This document shows, piece by piece, positions 45,843 through 56,229 of a DNA stretch of 64,000 nucleotides. A model generated the notes under the pieces. That model had not been told where the DNA came from and searched no databases. It worked only from the letters and a program-made list of their open reading frames with translations. The position numbers and the translations under genes are program-made. Source of the DNA: Rhodothermaceae bacterium. Its GTDB lineage: Bacteria > Bacteroidota > Rhodothermia > Rhodothermales > Bin80. The stretch covers positions 3,313 to 67,312 of the forward strand of contig VXLY01000028.1 in assembly GCA_009841335.1 (NCBI GenBank), in the 5' to 3' direction. Numbering within the stretch: position 1 is the first letter of the stretch; each line of letters opens with the position of its first letter.

Positions 45843-48800
45843 TCAGACTCTCGTCATTGAATCCACCTTTGTCTGCCGCCTTATTGAGTGACTTTTCCAC
45901 AGGTAGTAGATCACCGGGATAACGATGAGTGTCAATACTGTCGAAGAAATCATTCCTCCCACCATTGGAGCCACGATACGCTTCATCACCTCTGAACCTG
46001 TGCCAGTGCCCCATAGGATGGGCAACAGCCCGGCCATGATGGTGAGGACAGTCATCATCTTGGGCCGCACACGGTCAACGGCGCCAGCAATGATCGCGTC
46101 GTAGAGGTCCTTTAACGAATTCATCTGTCCCTGTGACAGCTTTTCCGCATATGCCTGGTTCAGGTAGATCAACATAATCACTCCCGTCTCAGCGGCGACA
46201 CCTGCCAGGGCGATAAAGCCTACGCCAACTGCCACACTGAGATGATAGCCTAGTACATAAAGCAACCAGATTCCGCCAACGACCGAAAACGGTAAGGTCA
46301 GCATCACGATCATACTTTCGGTGACACTTCTAAAATTCAAGTAAAGTAGCACAAAGATGACGAGCAGGGTGATCGGCACGACCACCTGAAGGCGCTGTCG
46401 GGCGCGTTCGATATACTCATATTGACCACTCCAGACAACGCTGTATCCCTCAGGGAAGGTCACCTGCTCATTGATGGCCGTACGGGCATTGTTCACATAA
46501 GTGCCCACGTCGGTATCTCGAATGTCAACGTAAACCCAAGACGTCTTGCGTGCATTCTCGCTCTTGATCGCCGGTGGCCCCTTAACAATATTGAAATCAG
46601 CCACATAACTAAGGGGAATCTGGGCTCCTGTGGGCGTTGGAATCAGAACTCGGTTCAGCGCTGGCAAGTTGTCGCGCAGTTCCCGACTGTAGCGAACGTT
46701 GACCGGGTACCGCTCCAGGCCCTCAACGGTCTGCGTAATGTTCATACCCCCGATGGCCGACATGATCACATCCTGTACGTCACCTACGGTGAGCCCGTAT
46801 CGAGCGGCCTCTTCTCGATTGATCTTATAATCAAGAAAGTTGCCCCCGACGGCTTTATCCGGGAACGCGCTCAGCGTACCAGGAATTGTCTGCACAACTG
46901 CTGCGACCTGTTCACTGAGGTTTGAAAGTACCGTCAAGTCCGGACCCATGAGCTTGATGCCCACGGGGGTCTTGATTCCCGTTGAGAGCATGTCAATGCG
47001 GGTCTTGATGGGCATCGTCCATGCGTTTGTCAAACCGGGAAAGTTGATTGCACCGTCAAGTTCACGGATGAGCTGGTCCATCGTCATGCCTTCGCGCCAT
47101 TCATGCTCCGGTTTTAGTGTAATGGTGGTCTCAAGCATCGACAGCGGGGCCGGATCGGTCGCAGTTTCAGCCCGCCCGGCCTTGCCCATGACGTTTTCAA
47201 CCTCGGGAAAACTCTTGATGATCTTGTCGGTCTGCTGCAGAATTTCCTTGGCCTTGGTAATGCTGATACCGGGATCTGTTGTGGGCATGTAGAGAAGGTC
47301 TCCTTCATTCAAAGGTGGCATGAATTCACTGCCGAGTTTTCCAAGCGGGTAAATCGTGGCTCCGAGGATCACCAGCGCGGCTGCAATCGTCAGCCACTTG
47401 AAACGAAGGACACCCTGAATCACGGGGCGGTAAGCCCCAATCAACAGGCGGCTAAGTGGATTCTTTTTTTCGGGCAGGATTCGGCCACGAACAAAATATC
47501 CCATCAGAACAGGGACGATCGTGATGGACAAAAGGGCTGAAGCAGCCATCACATATGTTTTCGTAAAAGCCAGGGGTTTAAAAAGCCGCCCCTCCTGCGC
47601 CTGCAGCGTGAAAACAGGCAGAAAAGAAAGTGCGATAATTAAAAGCGAATAGAAAAGTGCCGGGCCAACCTCTTTAGTCGCATCCACAACAATGCGCCAG
47701 CGATCTTTCTTGCCCTTGTGATACTCAAGATGCTTATGGGCATTTTCTACCATTACGATAGCAGCGTCCACCATGGCCCCGATGGCGATCGCAATCCCGC
47801 TGAGTGACATAATATTGGCATTCAGACCCTGAATTTGCATGACGAAAAATGCAATAAGAATGCCCAGAGGCAGCGTGATTATAACCACAAAGGCACTTCG
47901 GACATGCAGTAGGAACAGCATGATCACTAGTGCGACGATAATGCTTTCTTCCAACAGCTTTTCTTTGAGGTTGGTAATGGCCCGTTTGATCAGGCTACTG
48001 CGGTCGTAGGCGGTCTGAATTGTGATCCCTACCGGTAATCCCCGCTTTAATTCTTCCAATTTTTCCTTTACGGCATCAATAGTCTTCAGCGCGTTTTCTC
48101 CATACCGCATCACGACAATACCGCCTACGGTTTCCCCCTCACCGTTCCAGTCAATTAGTCCGCGCCGCAGTTCGGGACCCAGGTGTACATGAGCGATGTT
48201 ACGGATGAGTATCGGGGTGCCATTCTCGTCCACCCCGACGGATGTATTCTCCACATCCTCTATAGATTGGATGTACCCTAGGCCACGTACCATAAATTCG
48301 GTTTCGCCCATCTCAATCAGGCGACCACCCACATCACTGTTACTTCGCTGCAGAGCCATGCGAACTCTGGACAACGGCACGTTGTAAGCAATGAGCTTGT
48401 TGGGATCAACCTCTACCTGGTACTGCTTCACATAGCCCCCAATGGAGGCTACCTCGGCCACGCCCGGTACACTCATCAGTTCGTAGCGAAGAAACCAGTC
48501 CTGGATAGAGCGTAGCTGCTGGAGATCGTGACGGTTGTCGCTGTTAAGCACGTATTCAAATACCCACCCGACACCGGTAGCGTCTGGCCCCAGTGCAGGG
48601 GTTACGTCGCTTGGCAGCCGGTCACCCACATAGTTCAGATATTCTAATACGCGGCTTCGAGCCCAGTACGGGTCTGTACCATCCTCGAATATGATATAGA
48701 CGAACGACGAGCCGAAATATGAATAGCCACGCACAACCTTTGCGAACGGCACTGCGAGCATAGCTGTCGTCAGAGGATAGGTAACCTGATCTTCAACGAC

Positions 48801-48977
48801 CTGTGGAGCTTGCCCTGGATACTCGGTATAAACAATAACCTGAATGTCGCTCAGGTCAGGGATAGCATCTACTGGCGTCCGAAAAAGTGCATACACACCG
48901 GCGGAGCCGATCAATAGGGTTAGCAGGACGACCAGAAAGCGGTTTTTTACCGATCCCTCAATGATTCTTTCTAACAT
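45843..48977 (-). CDS. cusA: CusA/CzcA-family heavy-metal efflux RND permease
   Basis: 1044 aa, 12-TM RND architecture. The N-terminus MLERIIEGSVKNRFLVVLLTLL and the segment SEFMPPLNEGDLLYMPTTDPGISI are typical of the CusA/CzcA (HME-RND) family. Confidence 0.9.
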   Translation of the reverse strand: MLERIIEGSVKNRFLVVLLTLLIGSAGVYALFRTPVDAIPDLSDIQVIVYTEYPGQAPQVVEDQVTYPLTTAMLAVPFAKVVRGYSYFGSSFVYIIFEDGTDPYWARSRVLEYLNYVGDRLPSDVTPALGPDATGVGWVFEYVLNSDNRHDLQQLRSIQDWFLRYELMSVPGVAEVASIGGYVKQYQVEVDPNKLIAYNVPLSRVRMALQRSNSDVGGRLIEMGETEFMVRGLGYIQSIEDVENTSVGVDENGTPILIRNIAHVHLGPELRRGLIDWNGEGETVGGIVVMRYGENALKTIDAVKEKLEELKRGLPVGITIQTAYDRSSLIKRAITNLKEKLLEESIIVALVIMLFLLHVRSAFVVIITLPLGILIAFFVMQIQGLNANIMSLSGIAIAIGAMVDAAIVMVENAHKHLEYHKGKKDRWRIVVDATKEVGPALFYSLLIIALSFLPVFTLQAQEGRLFKPLAFTKTYVMAASALLSITIVPVLMGYFVRGRILPEKKNPLSRLLIGAYRPVIQGVLRFKWLTIAAALVILGATIYPLGKLGSEFMPPLNEGDLLYMPTTDPGISITKAKEILQQTDKIIKSFPEVENVMGKAGRAETATDPAPLSMLETTITLKPEHEWREGMTMDQLIRELDGAINFPGLTNAWTMPIKTRIDMLSTGIKTPVGIKLMGPDLTVLSNLSEQVAAVVQTIPGTLSAFPDKAVGGNFLDYKINREEAARYGLTVGDVQDVIMSAIGGMNITQTVEGLERYPVNVRYSRELRDNLPALNRVLIPTPTGAQIPLSYVADFNIVKGPPAIKSENARKTSWVYVDIRDTDVGTYVNNARTAINEQVTFPEGYSVVWSGQYEYIERARQRLQVVVPITLLVIFVLLYLNFRSVTESMIVMLTLPFSVVGGIWLLYVLGYHLSVAVGVGFIALAGVAAETGVIMLIYLNQAYAEKLSQGQMNSLKDLYDAIIAGAVDRVRPKMMTVLTIMAGLLPILWGTGTGSEVMKRIVAPMVGGMISSTVLTLIVIPVIYYLWKSHSIRRQTKVDSMTRV

Positions 48978-49043
48978 GATTGTCTTGATTGAGCGTCCAG
49001 GATTGCCTGTTCAGGTTTGACGAGGTATTTACCACGATCCATC

Positions 49044-50396
49044 TCAATGATGCATATGTTCTCCCGGCTCGGTTACCCCGGAAGGCATCCCTGCTTCAGC
49101 TTCTTCCGGGGATGTCTGTCCATGAAGCATCTTGCGAATCGCTTCCTGCAAGCGGCTCTCGCTGTCCAGCATGAACTGGGCGGAGGTTACAATCTCCTCA
49201 CTTCCCTCCAGCCCTCGCAGGATTCGGATATAGTTGTTGTTAGGCCCACCTTCCTCGCCAAGCGAGACTTCGCGGGGCTCAAATCGACCCTCTCCATGGA
49301 CAACAAATACAATAGCGCGCGCCCCAGACCGAATTACAGCCTCGGAGGGTACGACGACCGCATCAGGAATGACTTTGCCTTGGAGCTGCACATTGGCATA
49401 CATGCCCGGTTTCAGGTCCAGATCTGGGTTGGAAAAGATCAGACGAACGTGGACATCACGGGCCCTTTCTCTCAGATAAGGGTACACATAGGATACCCTG
49501 CCGGCATAGGTCTTGCCTGGCAGATAGGACAATTCCATTTCGACTGGCTGCCCATCACTGATCCACGGCACTTCATTGTCATAGAAGCTGGCATGCACCC
49601 AAACCGTCCGCAGATCTGCGATCCTAAACAGATCTTCTCCGACATCAACATATGCACCTTCAATTGCATTTCTTTCTACAACGATTCCTGTTGCCGGAGC
49701 TGTGAGTATAATTGTTTTCCTGACTTCGCCGGTTAGTGCCAAATGCTCGATCTCTGATGCAGGAATGTCCCAGTATTCAAGGCGCGTACGGGCTGATGCC
49801 AATAGTTTCTCAGCATCCTCTACGACTGAGGCTACCGTGCTCTGGGAAACCTGTTGAAAGTTTTTCAGCGCCAGCACGTATTCTTGCTGCGTCGCGACCA
49901 ATTCCGGTGAATAGATCTCAAGGATCGGATCTCCCGCCTGGACTTGTTCTCCCACAAAATGGACATGTAGGTTTTCGATCCATCCAGAGATCTTTGTATT
50001 GACCACATAGAGCCGTTCTTCGTCGTATTGAACCTCACCGACTGTACGGATAGTGCGCGTAAAATCCAATCGCTGGACATGTCCGGTTCGGACCCCCATA
50101 TTCTGCACTACAGCAGGATCGATGGATACGGTACTGTCAGACTCTAATTGGTCCTCGTCTGCGTAGACGGGAACCAGGTCCATTCCCATCTTCGACTTGC
50201 CAGGACGGTCATAGATCTCCTCCGGATCCATGGGGGCCTGCCAATAAAGAACCTGCCTCTGGTCAGGCAGAGCTGATTCCTGAGATTCCGATACTCCTTC
50301 GTCAATCGACATGCGGCCGAGGAAAAAGCCACAGACGAGAATAAGTACGAGAAGCGGAAGAATCCATATAGGTTTGAATTGTTGTTTCAAGTTCAT
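49044..50396 (-). CDS. cusB: HME-RND periplasmic adaptor (CusB/CzcB-like)
   Basis: YWQAPMDPEEIYDRPGKSKMGMDLVPVY is the characteristic CusB-type N-terminal metal-binding region. The rest is a barrel-sandwich hybrid/beta-barrel adaptor body, with a His/Met-containing tail (GEHMHH). Confidence 0.8.
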   Translation of the reverse strand: MNLKQQFKPIWILPLLVLILVCGFFLGRMSIDEGVSESQESALPDQRQVLYWQAPMDPEEIYDRPGKSKMGMDLVPVYADEDQLESDSTVSIDPAVVQNMGVRTGHVQRLDFTRTIRTVGEVQYDEERLYVVNTKISGWIENLHVHFVGEQVQAGDPILEIYSPELVATQQEYVLALKNFQQVSQSTVASVVEDAEKLLASARTRLEYWDIPASEIEHLALTGEVRKTIILTAPATGIVVERNAIEGAYVDVGEDLFRIADLRTVWVHASFYDNEVPWISDGQPVEMELSYLPGKTYAGRVSYVYPYLRERARDVHVRLIFSNPDLDLKPGMYANVQLQGKVIPDAVVVPSEAVIRSGARAIVFVVHGEGRFEPREVSLGEEGGPNNNYIRILRGLEGSEEIVTSAQFMLDSESRLQEAIRKMLHGQTSPEEAEAGMPSGVTEPGEHMHH

Positions 50397-50431
50397 GGCA
50401 ATTCAGGTTAAACTGATGCTTGTACAGACAT

Positions 50432-51748
50432 CTAGTAATTGATCAGATCGGCGAGAGAGTCCACACCGAGAGCCCGTTCGAGTGCGGCAGCCGCTCGGAG
50501 GTAGCGGGCAAGCGTATTGTCGAAACTCATGCCTAGTGAGAACAGTGTGCGTTCCGAATCAAGCAGGTCAAGGAAATCAGTGCGTCCCGTCGCGTAAGAG
50601 TTGAGGGTGGCTTGGAGTGCAGTTTCAGCCTGAGGGATCAGGGCTTCCTCAAAGAGCTCCAGCTGTCGCGCTTCCCCGCGTAATTGATGCATCAGGTCTG
50701 CCACTTGAGTCGCTATGGAGGTAGTGATAGCCTCCTGGCGGACATGGACATGGCTGCGGCGCACACGGGCTTCTTCCAACTGAGCCCGCAATCGGTTGCG
50801 CTGAAGGGGTATGCTTATCGTTGCATTGATTCCGAGAGCATCACGGCCCGAAGCCGTCGGTGGCACATCAGCACGGCCGACATCGAAATAAGTGATACCG
50901 AACCGGAGGTTCGGCTTGAACTGTTTGCGCGCAAGTTCAATTTCTTTGTCAGCACGTTTTGCGGCCGTACCCAGCGCATTGATCTCAGGACGTTGACTGA
51001 GAGCTACTTCAAGTAGGTCGATTGCGTCAAACTCAACATGAGATGGGGCCTCGACAGTTACAGCGACTCTGGATTCGGCGGATACGGGACGATTAAGCAA
51101 ACGGGCCAAAGCCTCAGTAGCCGTGCGTCGTTCTATGGATAACTCAAGTTGCAAGCGGGACAGGGAATTCTTCTCCAGTTGCGTCTTCAGAATTGCCTGT
51201 TGAACACCGGCACCCACTTCGTATCGCGTTGCGGCGGCTTCTTCAAAGTTTCGGAGTCTGTCCGTGAAGGCAAGAATACGTAATTCCTGCTGTTGGATGC
51301 GATAGAGTTCAATGTAGGATTGCTTGACCTGGAGTAAAAGGGCTTCTTCAAGGTCCGCGGTTGCAAAGCGTTTAATTTCCGCGGTTAGATCTGCGATGGA
51401 TCCCTGAAGTCCCAACTTGCCGGGATAGGGGATTTCTTGCTCTATACTCCACTGACTACGTATGGTACCGCGCGCGGTCAGGATGGGCACAGGCCGGTAG
51501 GCGATTGTCACAGATGGATCCGGGAGCGCGGATATCTGTGCGCTTCGTGTAGCCAGTGCTTTTGCCTCCAGATTTGAAGCTTGTAGCAACGGATTATGTG
51601 TCCGAACTTCTGCCAGTAGATCTCCAAGCCTTAGCAATGAGTCGGCCGGTGTATCAGATGGATCCTGGCCACGGACTTGGATTGGCGATAAGAGTAAGAG
51701 TAGTAGTAGGCTGACGCAGGTTACGCCAGCGAATTGGATTAATTTCAT
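50432..51748 (-). CDS. TolC-family outer-membrane efflux protein (CusC/CzcC-like)
   Basis: 438 aa with a signal peptide and two repeats of the TolC coiled-coil/barrel pattern (NPLLQASNLEAKA...; RPEINALGTAAKRADKEIELARK...). It is located directly upstream of cusB and cusA. Confidence 0.8.
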   Translation of the reverse strand: MKLIQFAGVTCVSLLLLLLLSPIQVRGQDPSDTPADSLLRLGDLLAEVRTHNPLLQASNLEAKALATRSAQISALPDPSVTIAYRPVPILTARGTIRSQWSIEQEIPYPGKLGLQGSIADLTAEIKRFATADLEEALLLQVKQSYIELYRIQQQELRILAFTDRLRNFEEAAATRYEVGAGVQQAILKTQLEKNSLSRLQLELSIERRTATEALARLLNRPVSAESRVAVTVEAPSHVEFDAIDLLEVALSQRPEINALGTAAKRADKEIELARKQFKPNLRFGITYFDVGRADVPPTASGRDALGINATISIPLQRNRLRAQLEEARVRRSHVHVRQEAITTSIATQVADLMHQLRGEARQLELFEEALIPQAETALQATLNSYATGRTDFLDLLDSERTLFSLGMSFDNTLARYLRAAAALERALGVDSLADLINY

Positions 51749-51835
51749 GACTTTCTGAACAATAGATCTAATTGTGCATCAACACGGAGGTGCAGCAAAC
51801 CTACACCCCATGAAACAGGCGCAACCAGAAACCTA

Positions 51836-52291
51836 TCAGATCAGAAACGTACTGTGAATAGCCTGCCTATCGGAGGAAGGAAGGCAGGCAGAACATCGTC
51901 GTGCAGAGCCCGGCCTAAATAAACTTACCCTGGAGCCCACTTCAGATAAGGCATCGGGAATGCGGGATAAGATCTGTTCACCCGATTGGGTTCGAGAAGA
52001 TTCAAACAGTACGGTTGCCATCTTAGCGGCGGGCACGGCTTGAAATGCACAGCAAGCCAAAGTGTGCTGCGGACAAGGCACTGGTTCCGCGGGTGTGGAA
52101 TCGTGGTCGGGTGGACAGGGGAGATCCTGTCCGTGCGTGGAGGTATGGGAATGCATCCCTGTGGAATGATGATCCGCAGGCGGCTGCGAGTTGAGATCAC
52201 CTCGGGAGCAGTTTGTCCGTAATAAAGGTCCCACAGCACTGAGTAGTAGACTCAGACCAAGTACTATAGGCAAGAATCGATGTGTTCGCAT
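51836..52291 (-). CDS. small exported His/Cys-rich protein upstream of cusCBA
   Basis: The likely start is the Met at 52291 (MRTHRFLPIVLGLSLLLSAVGPLL). It contains ADHHSTGMHSHTSTHGQDLPCPPDHD and CPQHTLACCAF. The function is inferred from composition and position only. Confidence 0.4.
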   Translation of the reverse strand: MRTHRFLPIVLGLSLLLSAVGPLLRTNCSRGDLNSQPPADHHSTGMHSHTSTHGQDLPCPPDHDSTPAEPVPCPQHTLACCAFQAVPAAKMATVLFESSRTQSGEQILSRIPDALSEVGSRVSLFRPGSARRCSACLPSSDRQAIHSTFLI

Positions 52292-52724
52292 CGCAGCAAT
52301 CAATACCCAAAACGAGGCCACTCGCTCTGGCAATGGGCTGAGACACTAAAACCACTTGATAAGTTCCAAGCACGTGAGTGAGGTGGAAGCTGCCAAGGAC
52401 CCATGTTTTGTGCTACGCCGTATCCTGACAGGTTTTCGCAGAGCAAACCAAAGTGTACGTTTTTCATTGGGGTGCGAGTCAATGACGCGGCAATTAATTC
52501 GGCCGTGCAGTTATGTTCACGGCATATCGGAGATCGCCATCACTTGAACAAAGCGATTAATTTGGTTAAAGAAGCGATGGCACGGCCGGAAGCAGAGATT
52601 GACTCCCTTTCCAAGGAGCAGGGTACAACGGAGCGTAAGATCAGGCAACAGGGATTGAACGTGAAGCACTCTGGTCCAAGGAGGCCAAGAATATACTTGC
52701 TACACCTGAGGATTAAATCGAGAA

Positions 52725-53720
52725 ATGAATAACAACAAACTACGCTGGGGGATATTGTCGAGCGCGCGCATAGCCCGGCAAAAGGTCATACCCGCCATTC
52801 AAAGGAGTCTACGGGGCACAGTTACGGCCATTGCCTCAAGAGATGTTGCTGTGGCACGCCAGGTTGCCCAGATACATCAAATCCCCGTTGTCTGCCCTTC
52901 ATACGAGGATCTGATTAGTTCGAGAGAAATTGATGCCGTCTATATCCCGTTACCCAACCATCTGCATGTTGAATGGGCTTCCCTTGCTTTGAAAGCAGGG
53001 AAACATGTACTCTGCGAAAAACCCTTGGGGATGAATGAGATGGAGGTAACAAAACTTGAACGTATCTCCAGGCTGTATCCAGAGCAATTGGTTTCAGAGG
53101 CCTTCATGTATCGATACCATCCTCAGTGGAAGCGGACACGCCATCTCATTCGCTCAAAAAGTATCGGAGATCTTCAAAGCATCCACGTACATTTTTCCTA
53201 TGACAACAAAGACCCAGGCAATATTCGGAACAAGCTGGCGTTTGGAGGAGGTGCCTTGATGGATATTGGCTGTTACGGAATCTCCGTTGCACGCTGGTTA
53301 TTTGAAAGCGAACCACGGCGAGTTTGCGCACGCATGGTGCGGCATACCGAATTCGGAACAGACACCTATACTACAATCCTTATGGATTTCCCGGAAGGGA
53401 GTGCTACTGTCATGTGTGCCACACAAATGCAGCGCTACCAGCGTGTCACACTAGTGGGTAGCCATGGTCAAATCACCCTTCACACACCTTTCAATGCACC
53501 ACCAGACGAAACTGTGCGTATGGAGCACCAGAATGGCGACGAGCACAGCATCCATGAAATTGGACCAGTAGATCAGTATACGGTGCAGTGTGATCACTTC
53601 GCCGCAGAAGCGATTGATGGCGAACCCCTTCTCACACCCATTTCTGACGCACTGTGCAACATGCGTGTAATTGACGCGTGTTTCCAGAGCGAGCAAAAAG
53701 ATGCCTGGATGGACTGCTGA
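52725..53720 (+). CDS. Gfo/Idh/MocA-family NAD(P)-dependent oxidoreductase
   Basis: LRWGILSSARIARQKVIPAI forms the Rossmann N-terminus. EKPL is present in GKHVLCEKPLGMN, followed by the C-terminal alpha/beta dimerisation domain. Confidence 0.85.
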   Translation: MNNNKLRWGILSSARIARQKVIPAIQRSLRGTVTAIASRDVAVARQVAQIHQIPVVCPSYEDLISSREIDAVYIPLPNHLHVEWASLALKAGKHVLCEKPLGMNEMEVTKLERISRLYPEQLVSEAFMYRYHPQWKRTRHLIRSKSIGDLQSIHVHFSYDNKDPGNIRNKLAFGGGALMDIGCYGISVARWLFESEPRRVCARMVRHTEFGTDTYTTILMDFPEGSATVMCATQMQRYQRVTLVGSHGQITLHTPFNAPPDETVRMEHQNGDEHSIHEIGPVDQYTVQCDHFAAEAIDGEPLLTPISDALCNMRVIDACFQSEQKDAWMDC

Positions 53721-53857
53721 AGGCGATAGCTGGATAACTGGCTCGGTCTTTTTGCCCCAGCCTTCGGCCGCTTGGGTCGTCACATTCCGTATAGACAACC
53801 GTTTTTATATGAGAACAGCTATTCGTAGATTGTAGACCACCATTATCCCAATCCGAA

Positions 53858-54964
53858 ATGTCTATCAGCCGCCGCGACTGGCTTCGCCTCAGTGCCGTTG
53901 GTGCAGCACTGCCATTCTTACCCATACCTGGTTTTGCAACGCACAGGAGGGATGACCCGATTCGTCTACACAGCAATGAAAATCCGTACGCACCGGCACA
54001 GTCCGCACGTACAGCCGTACTTGAAGCCCTGAACGAAACCAATCTGTACGCAGGATCCGCCGTCGCTCAGAACCTGGAAGCTATGATTGCAGCTCGCGAA
54101 GGGTTGAGGCCTGAACATGTAGTCCTTGGAGCTGGATCTACCGAAGTCCTTCGCATGGCGGCGCTGGCTTATGGGCTCAGTGGCGGTGAGGTCGTGACAG
54201 GCTATCCGACCTACGAGGGCATGGAGACGTCGGCGAAATCCATTGATGCACGAGTGCATCGTGTGCCTCTTAAGTCCGACAAAAGCCTTGACCTGTCCGC
54301 CATGGACATGCGGACAACCAAGGATGTGAAACTGGTTTTCGTGTGCAATCCCAATAATCCAACAGGTAGTATCTGTGACAAGGAGGAGCTGAATGACTTC
54401 TGTTTAGAAGTCTCCAAACGATGCACAATTCTGGTTGATGAAGCCTATTACGAGCTGGTCAATCACCCCAGATACAGCACTGCAGTGCCCCTTGTTAAAG
54501 CAGGCGCAAATGTCATTGTCTCAAGAACATTCTCAAAAGTGTACGGCTTGGCCGGACTGCGTGTAGGATACGCAATTGCGCGCCCAGATATCGCGGAGCG
54601 ACTTCGTACACATCGTACCCCCATGGCCGTCAATATTCTGGGACTACGGGCTGCAATCGCATCTCTAAATGACGAACGCTTTTTGCATTACAGTAAAACA
54701 CAACTTGAAGCCGGTCGCAACCAAATCACGGCTGCGCTTCGCGGCTGGGGACACGAAGTCATTGAGTCGCACACAAACTTTGTATTCTTCCATCTTGGCC
54801 GAGAGATCGAGGAATTCCAAAGATCCATGGCTTCCCAGGGTATCCTGGTTGGACGGCCATTCCCTCCGTTTCTGGACTGGTGTCGCCTCAGTATTGGGAA
54901 TGAGGAGGAGATGGCACGATTTATGGAGGTCTTCCCGAAGGTTATGAATTCACCAACACGTTAA
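53858..54964 (+). CDS. class I/II PLP-dependent aminotransferase (HisC-like) with Tat-type signal
   Basis: The N-terminus MSISRRDWLRLSAVGAALPFL carries a twin-arginine motif. The body matches histidinol-phosphate aminotransferase-like proteins (LHSNENPYAP, NPNNPTG, SRTFSKVYGLAGLRVGY with the PLP lysine context SKxxGLAGLR). Confidence 0.8.
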   Translation: MSISRRDWLRLSAVGAALPFLPIPGFATHRRDDPIRLHSNENPYAPAQSARTAVLEALNETNLYAGSAVAQNLEAMIAAREGLRPEHVVLGAGSTEVLRMAALAYGLSGGEVVTGYPTYEGMETSAKSIDARVHRVPLKSDKSLDLSAMDMRTTKDVKLVFVCNPNNPTGSICDKEELNDFCLEVSKRCTILVDEAYYELVNHPRYSTAVPLVKAGANVIVSRTFSKVYGLAGLRVGYAIARPDIAERLRTHRTPMAVNILGLRAAIASLNDERFLHYSKTQLEAGRNQITAALRGWGHEVIESHTNFVFFHLGREIEEFQRSMASQGILVGRPFPPFLDWCRLSIGNEEEMARFMEVFPKVMNSPTR

Positions 54965-54984
54965 CAGCAAATACCTTGGGCAAT

Positions 54985-55734
54985 ATGTTCAACCGGACCC
55001 TGACGGTATCATCGGCCCTGCTGCTGCTGAGCACTATCTGGTTGACACAGGCACGTGGACAGGATTCGGGCTTTCAATTTGCAAGAGTCTGGTACGAAAG
55101 TCATCCTGGATATAGAAACAATGCCTGGGCCACAGACTATCCAACTGCAGAATACAACCTGCACGAAGCAATCAGCCGGACAACCGGGCTTCGATTGGAG
55201 GGACCGCCGGTCGTAGTCGCACTTACGGACGACCGAATATTCGAATATGCCGTGCTGTACTTGACTGAACCTGGATATTGGCGCACGAACGAAGAAGAAG
55301 TGGCCAACCTCCGCCGCTACCTTGATCGGGGTGGATTTCTCATTATTGATGATTTCCATGACTATGGCCGCGGGTATGTCGGACCACAGTGGAATAACAT
55401 GTATGACAACATCAAGCGGGTGTATCCGGATCGTGAGCCGGTGGAATTAACCGCCGATCATCCAATCTGGCAGATCTACTACGATGTCGACCCGGATGCC
55501 GCGATTTCAACAAAGAATGGCGGTAACTGGCGATGGGGCGAGACGCGCTTTGCCCCGGAAGATGACATCTACTATGCCATATTTGACGATGCAGGTCGGC
55601 CCGCAATCGTCATTTGCTACAACCAGGACATTGGTGATGGATGGGAATGGCCTGGCGGCCGCAATCTGGGATCTGCGTCAACCGTGAGTTTCCAGATGGC
55701 TATAAACTTCATCTTCTATACACTCACGCATTAG
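54985..55734 (+). CDS. DUF4159-like exported protein
   Basis: Signal peptide MFNRTLTVSSALLLLSTIWLTQARGQ. FEYAVLYLTEPGYW...EEVANLRRYLDRGGFLIIDDFH and ADHPIWQIYYDV fit my recollection of the DUF4159 pattern. Confidence 0.55.
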   Translation: MFNRTLTVSSALLLLSTIWLTQARGQDSGFQFARVWYESHPGYRNNAWATDYPTAEYNLHEAISRTTGLRLEGPPVVVALTDDRIFEYAVLYLTEPGYWRTNEEEVANLRRYLDRGGFLIIDDFHDYGRGYVGPQWNNMYDNIKRVYPDREPVELTADHPIWQIYYDVDPDAAISTKNGGNWRWGETRFAPEDDIYYAIFDDAGRPAIVICYNQDIGDGWEWPGGRNLGSASTVSFQMAINFIFYTLTH

Positions 55735-56229
55735 AGCCTGATCTCAATCAGATTCGCTGCCCCGTGCAACCCTGCTCAGTGAGACCAATCGCGTCACGGA
55801 AATGAACCCCACTGCGTCACGCTGTTATTCGACCATCCTGATTCTTTTAATGGATACTGGGGAAACATTCCCCAAATAGAAAACATTCCAACAGTAGCCT
55901 GACCGGTGGATAAATGCAAGATGCAATACTGATCCTGGTTTTTTTCTCCTTCTGGGCGCTCTCGCTTGGCACGGTGGCCGTGGTTTATGGACTCAAAGGA
56001 ATTCCCCAAAATCCAAGCTCTATTACACCATGGCAGCTGGTTTGGGTTTTGGTTTGCTTTGGGCCATGGAATTGGCCAGATCTCCCGAAATATCGATTGA
56101 GCCTTTCTTTATTTTTGCAGTGATTATTGCGAGTGGTTTATACCGTCGCTACCAAATGTACCTGCAACAAAATCCAGTCTGAGCCTGCTTTACCGGGCTA
56201 GTCTGCCGTGCGAGTGGGAACAGCAGGTA

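Noticed and set aside
55914-56182. Small membrane-protein ORFs (69 aa at 55914..56123 and a 50-aa ORF from the ATG at 56030 in another frame), possibly one frameshifted gene
   Set aside because: Both are hydrophobic but short and lack motifs. A frameshifted 3-TM protein is possible, but I cannot support it without homologues.
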